Positions 9,535 to 19,094 of a DNA stretch of 64,000 nucleotides are shown here, piece after piece. The DNA is from an uncultured Clostridia bacterium (GTDB lineage Bacteria; Bacillota; Clostridia; Christensenellales; UBA1242): contig CALWPG010000004.1 in NCBI GenBank assembly GCA_944383375.1, positions 42,423 to 106,422 on the forward strand, written 5' to 3'. A program made the translations under genes and the position numbers. How positions within the stretch are numbered: the first letter of the stretch is position 1; the number at the start of each line of letters is the position of its first letter. Below the pieces are notes generated by a model. The model did no database searches, was not told the origin of the DNA, and was given only the letters and a program-made list of their open reading frames with translations.

Positions 9535-11953
9535 AACCATTTTTAAATGTCAATTCATCGTTTTCACAATCTATTATCACACTTCCCGTATTTTCAATTT
9601 GACCAAGAAGTATTTTTTCAGCAATTCTATCCTCTACTTCTTGTTGAATATAACGTTTTAGTGGTCTTGCACCAAACTGCAGATTTGTGCCTCTTTTAAC
9701 TATATAGTCAAGCGCTCTGGATGTAAGTTTCAACTCAAGTCCACTCCTGGATAGTCGTTTATTGATGTTTGAAATCATAATGGTTGCAATTTTAACAAGG
9801 TCGTTTTCATTTAGTGGTTTAAACACACAAATAACATCTATTCTGTTCAAAAATTCTGGTTTGAGTTTTCGTCTTAGTGCCTGCATATAAACTTCATTCA
9901 ATTCGTCGCCATCAAGTACACCGTTTTGTGAATTAAACCCAAGTTGCCTTTCATTGGCCTCTTGTGTACCAATGTTACTTGTCATTATTATTATGGTATT
10001 TTTAAAATTAATTGTCCTGCCCTGACTATCGGTAAGTCTGCCATCATCAAGGACTTGAAGCAACGCATTGAATATATCAGGATGAGCCTTCTCTATTTCA
10101 TCAAACAATACAACACTATAAGGCCTACGTCGAACTTGTTCAGTTAGTTGTCCACCCTCGTCAAAGCCCACATATCCCGGAGGTGCACCAATGAGTTTGG
10201 ATACGCTATGTGGCTCCATATATTCGCTCATGTCAATTCTAATGATATTGTTTTCATCGTCAAACATTGCTTCTGCTATAGCTTTACATAACTCCGTTTT
10301 ACCAACACCTGTTTGACCAAGAAACAAAAATGAACCAATTGGGCGTTTGTTGTCATGAAGCCCCACTCTTGACCTTCGAATTGCCTTTGCCACTGCATTC
10401 ACAGCTTCATCTTGCCCCACAACACGCATATGCAGTATGTTCTCGAGATTTATTAACTTTTCTCTCTCTGTCTCCGTGATCTTTGTTACAGGAATTCCTG
10501 TCCATTTAGAAACGACGGCTGCAATTTCGTTGGCGCCTATTGAATTTGAATTTGTGTTACTGGTTTTGTTGAAATTTTCATTTAAAACTTTAAGTTCATT
10601 TTCAAGATTGATTATTTGTGTCTGCAATTTCGCAGCTTTTTCATAATTTCTTTGGATACTCGCTTCATCTCTGTTTGCGGAAAGCTGTTTTATCTTTTCT
10701 TCCTTTTCTCTAATGGAACTTGGTTTTAAATTAAAATTAACTTTTGCTTTACTGCTAGCCTCATCGATAAGGTCAATGGCTTTGTCAGGCAAACTCCTGT
10801 CCATGATATACCTATCTGAAAGTGTGGCTGCCGCTTCAATTGCCTCATCAGTTATGGTAACATTATGAAATGCTTCATAACTATCTTTAATACCTTTTAA
10901 TATCTCAATAGTTTGTTCCACTGTTGGTGGATTGACCATGATAGGCTGAAATCTGCGTTCAAGTGCTTTATCGCTTTCAATAAATTTTGTGTACTCATCC
11001 GTGGTTGTCGCACCTATTGTTTGAAGTTCTCCACGAGCAAGATATGGTTTTAACATATCCTTTGGACTAGTTTCACCCTTTTCACTCCCGGCCTGTGCCA
11101 GTGTGTGGATTTCATCAATGAAAACAATTATATTCTTGCTGGCTATTATGGTTTCAATAGTGTCTTTTAACTTCTCTTCCATGCTTCCACGATACTTGGT
11201 TCCAGCCATGAGTCCGCCAATTTCAAGAGAGTATATTATCTTATCTTTCAAAAGTTCCGGAACATTTCCACTTGCAATAGCCAAAGCCAAGCCTTCAACA
11301 ACTGCTGTTTTACCAACTCCCGCTTCACCAATTAAAATTGGATTATTTTTTGTCTTTCTACATAATATTTCAATTATTCTTTCAATCTCTGTCTCGCGAC
11401 CAATAATTGGATCAATTTTACCCTGTTTAGCCTTCAAGGTGATGTCATAGCCCATGTCAAGCAATTTTTCTGGCAGCGTACTTTTTTGTGCGTCTTGCGT
11501 CATCTCCGATGAAAATTCGTTGTTACCTTGAAGTAACATAACCAATTTTGATTTTATCTCAGTCAAATTTGCACGAAAATATGACGTAATCAGTCTTACT
11601 GCAAAGCAATTCGGACTGGACAAAAGTGCAAACAAGAGGTGCTCAGGACCAACAAAATTGTGTCCCAGTTGCAAGGCCACTTGTTTTGCCATACTTATTA
11701 TCTCTTTACTTCTTGGAGTTAGTTCAACATCAACACCAACAAATACACCTTGTGAATTATCGTCAAAAATCTCAAGCAATGCTTCACTTGTTATGGCATA
11801 TTCTTTTAAAATTTTTGATGCCATACAGTCTTTAACACTGCATAGTCCATACAAGATATGTTCAGTTCCCACTTGGTTGCTACCATACTTTAGTGCAACT
11901 TTGCCTGCATTTTTTATAACTTTTTCCAAACTATCCGATGCTGGATTTTGCAT
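9533..11953 (-). CDS. clpC: ATP-dependent Clp protease ATP-binding subunit ClpC
   Basis: Two Walker A motifs (GEAGVGKT, GQTGVGKT) and N-terminal Clp repeats. Lies downstream of mcsA/mcsB. Confidence 0.95.
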   Translation of the reverse strand: MQNPASDSLEKVIKNAGKVALKYGSNQVGTEHILYGLCSVKDCMASKILKEYAITSEALLEIFDDNSQGVFVGVDVELTPRSKEIISMAKQVALQLGHNFVGPEHLLFALLSSPNCFAVRLITSYFRANLTEIKSKLVMLLQGNNEFSSEMTQDAQKSTLPEKLLDMGYDITLKAKQGKIDPIIGRETEIERIIEILCRKTKNNPILIGEAGVGKTAVVEGLALAIASGNVPELLKDKIIYSLEIGGLMAGTKYRGSMEEKLKDTIETIIASKNIIVFIDEIHTLAQAGSEKGETSPKDMLKPYLARGELQTIGATTTDEYTKFIESDKALERRFQPIMVNPPTVEQTIEILKGIKDSYEAFHNVTITDEAIEAAATLSDRYIMDRSLPDKAIDLIDEASSKAKVNFNLKPSSIREKEEKIKQLSANRDEASIQRNYEKAAKLQTQIINLENELKVLNENFNKTSNTNSNSIGANEIAAVVSKWTGIPVTKITETEREKLINLENILHMRVVGQDEAVNAVAKAIRRSRVGLHDNKRPIGSFLFLGQTGVGKTELCKAIAEAMFDDENNIIRIDMSEYMEPHSVSKLIGAPPGYVGFDEGGQLTEQVRRRPYSVVLFDEIEKAHPDIFNALLQVLDDGRLTDSQGRTINFKNTIIIMTSNIGTQEANERQLGFNSQNGVLDGDELNEVYMQALRRKLKPEFLNRIDVICVFKPLNENDLVKIATIMISNINKRLSRSGLELKLTSRALDYIVKRGTNLQFGARPLKRYIQQEVEDRIAEKILLGQIENTGSVIIDCENDELTFKNG

Positions 11954-11955
11954 AA

Positions 11956-12957
11956 CTAAACTCCTTTAATCAATTTATTTTCCAAATTTTCAGATAAAAA
12001 CTTCGCCCTGAATATGTTTTGCTCCATTGGATTTAAATCTAATGAATAATAGTCCATGAGATGTGCTGGCTGAATAGTTGTGTATAGCTCATCTATTATT
12101 TTTGGATTTTTGAATTTGAAAAGACCCAAAACCACTCCAAATCTAAGCTTTGACAATTGCATTATTGCCTCCTCAAGTGGCATGATATATGAATTGGTCA
12201 ATATCCCATATGCTCTATAACACATATCCAATATGACATTTTTGTTGACTTCTTTGAGTGTATTTCTGGATGAATTCTCCATCTCTATTATTTTTGACAC
12301 ATTTTTTGTTACTAAGTCAATTATTTCTTGTTCATTAAGCCCCAAGGTATATCTATTTGAAATTTGATAAAAATAGCCATCACATGCAGAGTCCTCGCCA
12401 AACAGTCCCCTCACCACAAGCCCATTTTGAGATAGAGTTTCAATTAGTTGCTTCATCACTCCATTAAAAGACAATGCTGGCAAAAAAAGCATAACAGAAG
12501 CACGCATGCCAGTGCCCACATTTGATGGGCATGATGTCAAAAATCCTAGTTCGCTAGAATATGCCATGTCGATCTTATCCAAAATTTTTTCATCAATTAT
12601 GTTCAACTTGTCATAACATTTTTTTAGGTCAAACTCATCTAATATACATTGAAGTCTAAGATGATCCTCTTCATTGATCATTATCGTTACAAGTCCATCA
12701 GGAGATAATGCATAACCTGAAATGTCCTTGCTATCAATCAACTCCTTGCTTATGGTGTGATTTTCAAGTAGCATCAAGCAAGCATTTGAATCCATATGCT
12801 TTAATCTTCTGAATTCATAATCGTCGCCAAGTATTGCAAAAATGGCTTTTGAAACACTGGTTGCTGACTCAAAATCACTAAGTTTATTTGGAAATGGCAA
12901 GTCATGAAAATTTCTTGCCAAACGAATTCTAGAAGAAATCACAATTGGATTAATCAT
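11956..12957 (-). CDS. mcsB: Protein arginine kinase McsB
   Basis: Guanido phosphotransferase signature CPSNVGTGMRASV. Confidence 0.9.
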   Translation of the reverse strand: MINPIVISSRIRLARNFHDLPFPNKLSDFESATSVSKAIFAILGDDYEFRRLKHMDSNACLMLLENHTISKELIDSKDISGYALSPDGLVTIMINEEDHLRLQCILDEFDLKKCYDKLNIIDEKILDKIDMAYSSELGFLTSCPSNVGTGMRASVMLFLPALSFNGVMKQLIETLSQNGLVVRGLFGEDSACDGYFYQISNRYTLGLNEQEIIDLVTKNVSKIIEMENSSRNTLKEVNKNVILDMCYRAYGILTNSYIMPLEEAIMQLSKLRFGVVLGLFKFKNPKIIDELYTTIQPAHLMDYYSLDLNPMEQNIFRAKFLSENLENKLIKGV

Positions 12958-13390
12958 GCTTTTCTCCTTTTAATTGTTTGAGTTTAAACGACAACCTGTT
13001 CACCTGCATAAGATCTGAATTTTCAATTGCTTGCTCCAGTAGCTTTTCTGTGTTTTCAATTTGTTGTTTAAGTTCAAACCTGTGAGGTACTTTTCCAGTG
13101 TTTGTCATGTCTTTTTGAATTCCATGAAGTGCTTGCTTTATTATTGGATAAAATTCAATATAACAATATTCGCACCCTACATAACCCGAAGCAATGAAAT
13201 CTTTAAGTGTTGTGCCACAATTGTGGCAATATTGATTTTTTATTTCAAATCTAGGATTGACGGACAATTCATCATTTCTAACAAGCAATGACCTGCATTG
13301 TTGACACAAATATTTTTGCACCATCTTGCCATCAAGCTCGATCTGGCAAAATGATGTTGCGTTCCGCTCCTGACAATTTTCACATAACAT
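12950..13390 (-). CDS. mcsA: McsA (UvrB/UvrC-motif zinc-finger activator of McsB)
   Basis: Paired CxxC zinc-finger motifs (CENCQ, CQQC, CHNC, CEYC), a C-terminal UVR-like helix, and position upstream of mcsB. Confidence 0.8.
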   Translation of the reverse strand: MLCENCQERNATSFCQIELDGKMVQKYLCQQCRSLLVRNDELSVNPRFEIKNQYCHNCGTTLKDFIASGYVGCEYCYIEFYPIIKQALHGIQKDMTNTGKVPHRFELKQQIENTEKLLEQAIENSDLMQVNRLSFKLKQLKGEKHD

Positions 13391-13444
13391 ATTTATAATT
13401 TTAGATTATAAAACAACCTATGTCAATTATTTGCAAAAAACTTG

Positions 13445-13473
13445 TTGCAAATATTGTTGGTTTGTGATAATAT
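13445..13473 (+). promoter_or_regulatory. Putative sigma-A promoter for tRNA-Leu
   Basis: TTGCAA, 17 nt, TAATAT (GATAAT is an alternative -10). Lies about 17 nt upstream of the tRNA 5' end. Confidence 0.5.
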
Positions 13474-13489
13474 ATCAAAGTCAACACCT

Positions 13490-13575
13490 GCTGGTGTGGC
13501 GAAATGGCAGACGCACGGGACTCAAAATCCCGCGAGGGCAACTTCATGTGGGTTCGACTCCCACCACCAGCACCA
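13490..13575 (+). tRNA. tRNA-Leu(CAA), CCA encoded
   Basis: Acceptor GCTGGTG/CACCAGC, anticodon arm CGGGA-CTCAAAA-TCCCG, long variable arm, T arm GTGGG-TTCGACT-CCCAC, then A-CCA. Confidence 0.9.
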
Positions 13576-13969
13576 CAATATTTTCATTTCTTTTTTTTTG
13601 CGGGATTTTGAGTCCCTACGGGACATCAACTCCTGTCGGAGCCAGACCGCACATCGCTTACGCGAATGTGCTCCCGGCTTTGGCTAAAAACAACCACACA
13701 AGGGTTGTTTTTTTAACGCGTCGCCCCCGCGAGGGCAACTTCATGTGGGTTCGACTCCCACCACCAGCACCACAATATTTTCATTTCTTTTTTTTTGCGG
13801 GATTTTGAGTCCCTACGGGACATCAACTCCTGTCGGAGCCAGACCGCACATCGCTTACGCGAATGTGCTCCCGGCTTTGGCTAAAAACAACCACACAAGG
13901 GTTGTTTTTTTAACGCGTCGCCCCCGCGAGGGCAACTTCATGTGGGTTCGACTCCCACCACCAGCACCA
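13529..13969 (+). repeat. Tandem direct repeat: two complete 197-bp units plus a 47-nt third copy, each starting with the tRNA-Leu 3' 47 nt
   Basis: Units 13529-13725 and 13726-13922 are identical by eye. The third partial copy, 13923-13969, ends exactly at the CCA. Confidence 0.9.
13600..13714 (+). ncRNA. Candidate structured RNA inside repeat unit 1 (an identical copy lies at 13797-13911)
   Basis: GCGGGATTTTGAGTCCC is the exact reverse complement of the tRNA-Leu anticodon arm. There is a long hairpin GGAGC..GCACATCGC-ttac-GCGaATGTGCTCC. It ends in the terminator AAACAACC-acacaag-GGTTGTTT plus a T-run. Confidence 0.3.
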
Positions 13970-14072
13970 GATAAAAATAATCCGAATCTAATAGATACGG
14001 AATTCGAATCAAAATAGATTTACTTTTTTGACATGGACAAATTAAATATAGAATAGTATGACATCTCTATTT

Positions 14073-14107
14073 AAAAAAATCTAAAACGTATGCGTTTTAG
14101 ATTTTTT
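14073..14107. terminator. Bidirectional hairpin terminator (serves trpS on the minus strand)
   Basis: AAAAAA-ATCTAAAACG-tatg-CGTTTTAGAT-TTTTT. Confidence 0.75.
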
Positions 14108-14112
14108 AATTT

Positions 14113-15111
14113 TTATTCAACTTCCACAACTCCTATTGCCTTACGAACATTTTTTATTGTTTGTTTTGCTAACTCTCGTGCCTTTTGCGCCCCATTTCTT
14201 AAAATTTCATCCACTATTTCTCTATGCTGTTGAAGATAGTTATATTTTTCTCGCATTGGTGAAAGGTATGCATTCATAAGATTAAAAAGTTCAGCTTTTG
14301 CCTCACCCCAAGATATACCCTTTTGCAGTTTTTGCGCAAACGCTTTTGCTTGTTCTTCTGTTCCAAAAAGTTTATAAAGTTTATAAATTGTGTTATCTAA
14401 ACTCTTTGGCTCGTCAGGTGCAGTACTATCTGTGACTATCCTATTTACCAATTTTTTTAGCTTTGCCTCGTCAGCAAAAATTGGTATTACATTTCCATAG
14501 CTTTTACTCATTTTTCTGCCATCAAGACCTACCAAAGCACCGACATTTTCAGAAATAAGTTCTTCTGGCAAGGAAAATGTGTTGCCATATTTTCTATTAA
14601 AATATGACGCAACGTCACGTGCAATTTCTATGTGCTGTTTTTGGTCTATTCCAACTGGCACAAAATCCGCACCAAGCAAAAGTATATCTGCCGTCATAAG
14701 TATTGGATAACAATACAGCCCCATATTGATGCCATAATCCTTATCCTCGCCTGCCTCTTCGTTTGCTTCCACCTTTGCCTTGTAAGCATGCGCTCTGTTC
14801 ATAAGGCCTTTTGGAGTAAAATTTGAAAGTATTGTTGAAAGTTCAAATGTTTGTGGAACATCTGACTGTTTATACAATACAACTTTGTTTGGATCAAGTC
14901 CGCACGCAAGCCAAGTACATGCGATGTGATATGTATATTCAAACAATTCTTCCTGATTTTGCACTGTCGTTAGTGCATGATAATCTGCTATGAAATAATA
15001 ACATTCATAATCTGAATTTTTGCTTAGTTCGATGGCTGGTTTAATTGCACCAAAATAATTTCCAAGATGTGCAATGCCCGTTGGTTTTACACCTGTTAGT
15101 ATTCTCTTCAT
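14113..15111 (-). CDS. trpS: Tryptophan--tRNA ligase
   Basis: Class I HIGH-type GIAHLGNY and KMSKS motifs. 332 aa. Confidence 0.95.
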   Translation of the reverse strand: MKRILTGVKPTGIAHLGNYFGAIKPAIELSKNSDYECYYFIADYHALTTVQNQEELFEYTYHIACTWLACGLDPNKVVLYKQSDVPQTFELSTILSNFTPKGLMNRAHAYKAKVEANEEAGEDKDYGINMGLYCYPILMTADILLLGADFVPVGIDQKQHIEIARDVASYFNRKYGNTFSLPEELISENVGALVGLDGRKMSKSYGNVIPIFADEAKLKKLVNRIVTDSTAPDEPKSLDNTIYKLYKLFGTEEQAKAFAQKLQKGISWGEAKAELFNLMNAYLSPMREKYNYLQQHREIVDEILRNGAQKARELAKQTIKNVRKAIGVVEVE

Positions 15112-15157
15112 TTTATCTCCTAGAAAGTGTATACCTTCCTATTTCAAAAAAGTCAAG

Positions 15158-16927
15158 TTATTCAACGGATTTAAGAGAAGCATTCATATCTGTTTTTGTA
15201 ATTTTTCTTCGAAGAAGCAGTGTTGAAATAAATGTGAAAAATATGGTCGCGATTGGAGCCAATACATAGGACCACCACTTTACAGTGGCCAAAGCCCCAA
15301 AAGAAATGTAGTTGAATAAGAAGTATAAAAAGCCCACACCAAAAGGAATTCCCAAGATTGCAGCGATTATGCTGATTATATATATCTCTCTAAAAATATA
15401 TCCCACGACTTCACTGTTGGTGTAACCCAATACCATTAAGGTCGCTATTTCTCTTCGGCGTTCACTGATGTTTATGTTTGAGAGATTGTATATCACAAGC
15501 GCACTCAATAGTGCCGCAAATATGATTAAAAATATAGAGATGTAAATTATGGATCCAAGTTGCCCCTCCGCAATTGCACAGTCGAGTAATCCAAGCCCCG
15601 CAAAAACTAAAACCGTGGCGCCTACTATGGATATAAGTGTCATAAAAAACCTACTTCGAAACAAAAAGACATTCCTAAAACTAGATTTGTACTTGAAGCT
15701 TAGCCTGTTCCAAATAAATGGAATTTTTTCTAGAATAGTTCGTCTTCCAACTGGTGGAGACTTTGGCAGCAAAAGTGTTGCAGGTTTGTTTTTTGTTATA
15801 TTGAGTCCAGTTGCAAGAGTAACCACAAATGTTGACACAATATAAAGTACGAGTATGAGAATATATCTTATGAATGTCACTTGTTCAACACTTGGTGGCA
15901 TCACAAACTGGATGTTAAATGTTGAATACAAAATATTTGTAAGTCCAGTTCCCACACCAAAGGCTAAAAGCCCACCAATAATGTTGGCAAGTAACACAAA
16001 TAACAAATATTTACCAAGTATGCGCATACTTGAATAACCCAAAGTTTTTAAACATGCAATTTGAGAGCGCTCCTCATCAAAAAGTCTTGTCATGGTAGAA
16101 AATACGACAAGTACGGTGACAAGCATAAAGAAAATGCTAAATATTATGCCTATATTTCCAACCTTGATAGCATATTCATTTAAAGAGTATAGTCCATAAT
16201 TTTGGTACAATGTGAGAAGAGTTATGTCTTGATTTTCAAGAAGCGATGTTTGTTCATCTATATAATTTTCGTATGCTCCATCATAATGATTGAACAAATT
16301 TCTGTCATTTATGCTGATGTAAATATCTGTATTAGGAAGTGGAAACAAATTGTGCTGTGAGATGTATACCACATAACCCAGCGACCTTCCTTGAATGTTG
16401 CTCGGCTCTTCATATTTGTTTATAAGTAGAGGATTTTGAACAATTCCACACACAGTAAACGTCTGCCCCATGAGTTGAACAGTGTCATTTATGCGATAAG
16501 TTTTTAAATTCTCTTTGCCTTGCTCCACCAAAATTTCATTGGCACTTTGTGGAAAACTTCCTGAAATTAATTGCAGTTTGTTGATATTGGAATTTTCCAG
16601 GTCATACTTATATATCCTATACACATCACCATCATTTTCCATATCAAGACTAAATAATGCCATTACATTATCTTCACCAAACTGCTCTTTATATGCCGTA
16701 ACATCACTTTGAGAAAAACCAATGGCATTATGATTTTTTAATATGAAATCTGGAATATTTTGAGTTTGATAGTATTGCGTGAGTGAGTTTTGAATTTTAC
16801 TTTGGCTCTCACCTATCCCCGTCATAAAACTTATACTGATAAACAGCATCAAAACCAAAGTCAAAAACCTGGTTATTTGACTTTTAAAAAGTCTAAGTGT
16901 AGTTTTATCATATTTTTTCATCACCAC
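15158..16927 (-). CDS. ABC transporter permease, FtsX/MacB-like
   Basis: 589 aa. Two FtsX-type 4-TM bundles separated by a large extracytoplasmic domain. Overlaps the upstream ATPase gene. Confidence 0.8.
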   Translation of the reverse strand: MVMKKYDKTTLRLFKSQITRFLTLVLMLFISISFMTGIGESQSKIQNSLTQYYQTQNIPDFILKNHNAIGFSQSDVTAYKEQFGEDNVMALFSLDMENDGDVYRIYKYDLENSNINKLQLISGSFPQSANEILVEQGKENLKTYRINDTVQLMGQTFTVCGIVQNPLLINKYEEPSNIQGRSLGYVVYISQHNLFPLPNTDIYISINDRNLFNHYDGAYENYIDEQTSLLENQDITLLTLYQNYGLYSLNEYAIKVGNIGIIFSIFFMLVTVLVVFSTMTRLFDEERSQIACLKTLGYSSMRILGKYLLFVLLANIIGGLLAFGVGTGLTNILYSTFNIQFVMPPSVEQVTFIRYILILVLYIVSTFVVTLATGLNITKNKPATLLLPKSPPVGRRTILEKIPFIWNRLSFKYKSSFRNVFLFRSRFFMTLISIVGATVLVFAGLGLLDCAIAEGQLGSIIYISIFLIIFAALLSALVIYNLSNINISERRREIATLMVLGYTNSEVVGYIFREIYIISIIAAILGIPFGVGFLYFLFNYISFGALATVKWWSYVLAPIATIFFTFISTLLLRRKITKTDMNASLKSVE

Positions 16928-17622
16928 TCAATCTCCATAATTGGTTTTGGGTTTTCATTTATGACAATACTTTCAATTTTTCCATTTTTTATGCTAATTA
17001 CCTCATCTGCCATATCTTTGAGTGCCTGGTTATGTGTTACGACTATCACAAGTTTATCTTGTTTTTTAGATACTTCATATAGTAGCTTTAAAACATTTTT
17101 TCCAGTGTTATAGTCCAGCGCTCCAGTGGGTTCATCACAAAGTAAAATTTGTGCATTTTTTGCAATTGCTCTTGCAATTGATACACGTTGCTGTTCACCA
17201 CCACTAAGCTGAGCTGGAAAATATTTCAATCTTTCGCCAAGCCCAACATCATTTAGTACACTTTTGGGATCAAGTGCGTCCTTACAAATTTCAGTCGCCA
17301 GTTCAACATTTTCTAGTGCTGTAAGATTTGGCATTAGATTGTAAAATTGAAAGACGAACCCAACATCTTTACGCCTGTACTGAGTAAGTTGTTTCTTGTC
17401 ATATCGTGCGATGTCCTTATCATCCACAAAAATATCACCACTTGTGACACTGTCCATGCCGCCAAGAAGGTTAAGTAGCGTCGTTTTGCCAGCGCCACTT
17501 GGTCCCAAAATTACGACAAATTTACCTTTTTCTAGCTCAAAATTAATGTCGTCAAGTGCAGTGTATTCACCAGCCTGAGAAACATAAACTTTTTTTACAT
17601 TTTCTAATTTTAAAAAACTCAT
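16921..17622 (-). CDS. ABC transporter ATP-binding protein (MacB/LolD family)
   Basis: Walker A GPSGAGKTT, signature LSGGEQQR, Walker B LLCDEPTGALD. Start set to MSFLKLENV (ATG 17622), preceded by AAAGGAGG. Confidence 0.9.
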   Translation of the reverse strand: MSFLKLENVKKVYVSQAGEYTALDDINFELEKGKFVVILGPSGAGKTTLLNLLGGMDSVTSGDIFVDDKDIARYDKKQLTQYRRKDVGFVFQFYNLMPNLTALENVELATEICKDALDPKSVLNDVGLGERLKYFPAQLSGGEQQRVSIARAIAKNAQILLCDEPTGALDYNTGKNVLKLLYEVSKKQDKLVIVVTHNQALKDMADEVISIKNGKIESIVINENPKPIMEIEW

Positions 17623-17760
17623 ATTAACCTCCTTTAATTGCAAATTATTTTATCTTATGATATTATAATTTATCAAACATTGGTCAAATAAACAACTACA
17701 GTTTAAAACTTGAGTTGATTTTCCAACTTTTTTTGTAAATAGTTGATAAAAGGAGACGGT

Positions 17761-18285
17761 ATGCAAGATTTAAGAACAAAAAAAACACTCATGGCCTTAG
17801 AAAAAGCATTTTATGAAATCAAAAAGAATAAGCAATTGGAACAGATAAAAGTCAAAGTTCTTTGTGAAAAGGCCATGATAAACAAAACTACATTTTACAA
17901 CTACTTCACAGATATTTATGCTTTTTCGGACTATATTGAAAACAAAATTATAGAAGAAAAATTTAAAATATTGCCAAAACACAGCAATGTACTTTTTAAC
18001 ATCAAACAACTAATATACGATGTTTATAATTCTTTCAATTGTAAGGAAATTATAATTTTGTTTGGTAATAGATATGATGTGCTTATTAAAAAATGTGAGA
18101 AAAAACTTTTTGATGAATATAAAAGCACCATAAACACAACAAAAAAACAGCTATACATCTCCTTTTTTATATATGGTGCCTCCCACATTCTTTTTGATAG
18201 CAAAGGTACTGAAAGTGAGAAACTTGAAATGTTAACTGAAATTTTAGACAATGATTTTTGTAACAAGATGGGGATAAATTTTTAA
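17761..18285 (+). CDS. TetR/AcrR-family transcriptional regulator
   Basis: N-terminal HTH (IKVKVLCEKAMINKTTFYNYF). Divergent from the ABC pair. Start ATG 17761 follows AAAGGAG. Confidence 0.75.
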   Translation: MQDLRTKKTLMALEKAFYEIKKNKQLEQIKVKVLCEKAMINKTTFYNYFTDIYAFSDYIENKIIEEKFKILPKHSNVLFNIKQLIYDVYNSFNCKEIIILFGNRYDVLIKKCEKKLFDEYKSTINTTKKQLYISFFIYGASHILFDSKGTESEKLEMLTEILDNDFCNKMGINF

Positions 18286-19094
18286 TAATCTTCCAAAAAA
18301 GTGTGCATATTTTCACCTTTCTTGTACCCTATGACCGTGTCAAGACATACACTGTGCAAACTTTTGAAGATATTGTTATCGACAGCCGGTATTGAATTTT
18401 TTAATGTTTTGATCAATTGTTTTATCTCCTTGCGCTTTGAACTCATCATGCCCTCATTAACTTTTTGTACAACAGCGCAAGCACAATTTAAAAATTTTAG
18501 GTTATTGTACTTCACCCAATGGATGATATCTTCTTCCCTGACCATGTAAAGTGGGCGTATGAGTTCCATGCCTTTGTGGCTTGTACTTTTGAGTTTTGGC
18601 ATCATTGTTTTAAATTGTCCACCATAAAACATGCTAAGGAGAGTTGTATCAATGGCATCATCAAAATGATGTCCAAGCGCTATTTTATTGCAACCTAGGC
18701 TTTGAGCAAATTCATATAGATATCCCCTACGCATTCTTGCACAAAGATAACAAGGAGATTTATCAATTTCATTTACAATGCCAAAAATGGGACTGGTGAA
18801 AATTTTTAAATCTATCCCCAGTTTTTTGGCATTTTCTTCTATCAGCTTTCTATTTTTTGGCAGATATCCTGGATCCATACAAATGTATTCGACGTCAAAA
18901 TCAACATTCCAATGAATTTTTAAAACCTCCATACACTTTGCAAGCAAAAAACTATCTTTGCCGCCAGAAATGCAAACTGCAATTTTATCACCTTCTTGAA
19001 TCAATTGATATTGATCAACAGCATGAATGAATCTTTTATATATTGTTTTTTTGAACTTTTTAGTTATGCTGTGTAAAATTTCATCCACTTTCAT
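18282..19094 (-). CDS. ttcA: tRNA 2-thiocytidine biosynthesis protein TtcA-like PP-loop ATPase
   Basis: PP-loop CISGGKDS plus conserved Cys pairs (CYLCARMRR, CACAV). Confidence 0.8.
   Translation of the reverse strand: MKVDEILHSITKKFKKTIYKRFIHAVDQYQLIQEGDKIAVCISGGKDSFLLAKCMEVLKIHWNVDFDVEYICMDPGYLPKNRKLIEENAKKLGIDLKIFTSPIFGIVNEIDKSPCYLCARMRRGYLYEFAQSLGCNKIALGHHFDDAIDTTLLSMFYGGQFKTMMPKLKSTSHKGMELIRPLYMVREEDIIHWVKYNNLKFLNCACAVVQKVNEGMMSSKRKEIKQLIKTLKNSIPAVDNNIFKSLHSVCLDTVIGYKKGENMHTFLEDY

Noticed and set aside
13431-14017. ORFs 13431-13808, 13442-13687 and 13745-14017 (81-125 aa).
   Set aside because: They run straight through tRNA-Leu and its tandem repeat, and their repeated peptide segments merely mirror the DNA duplication. 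They have no RBS.
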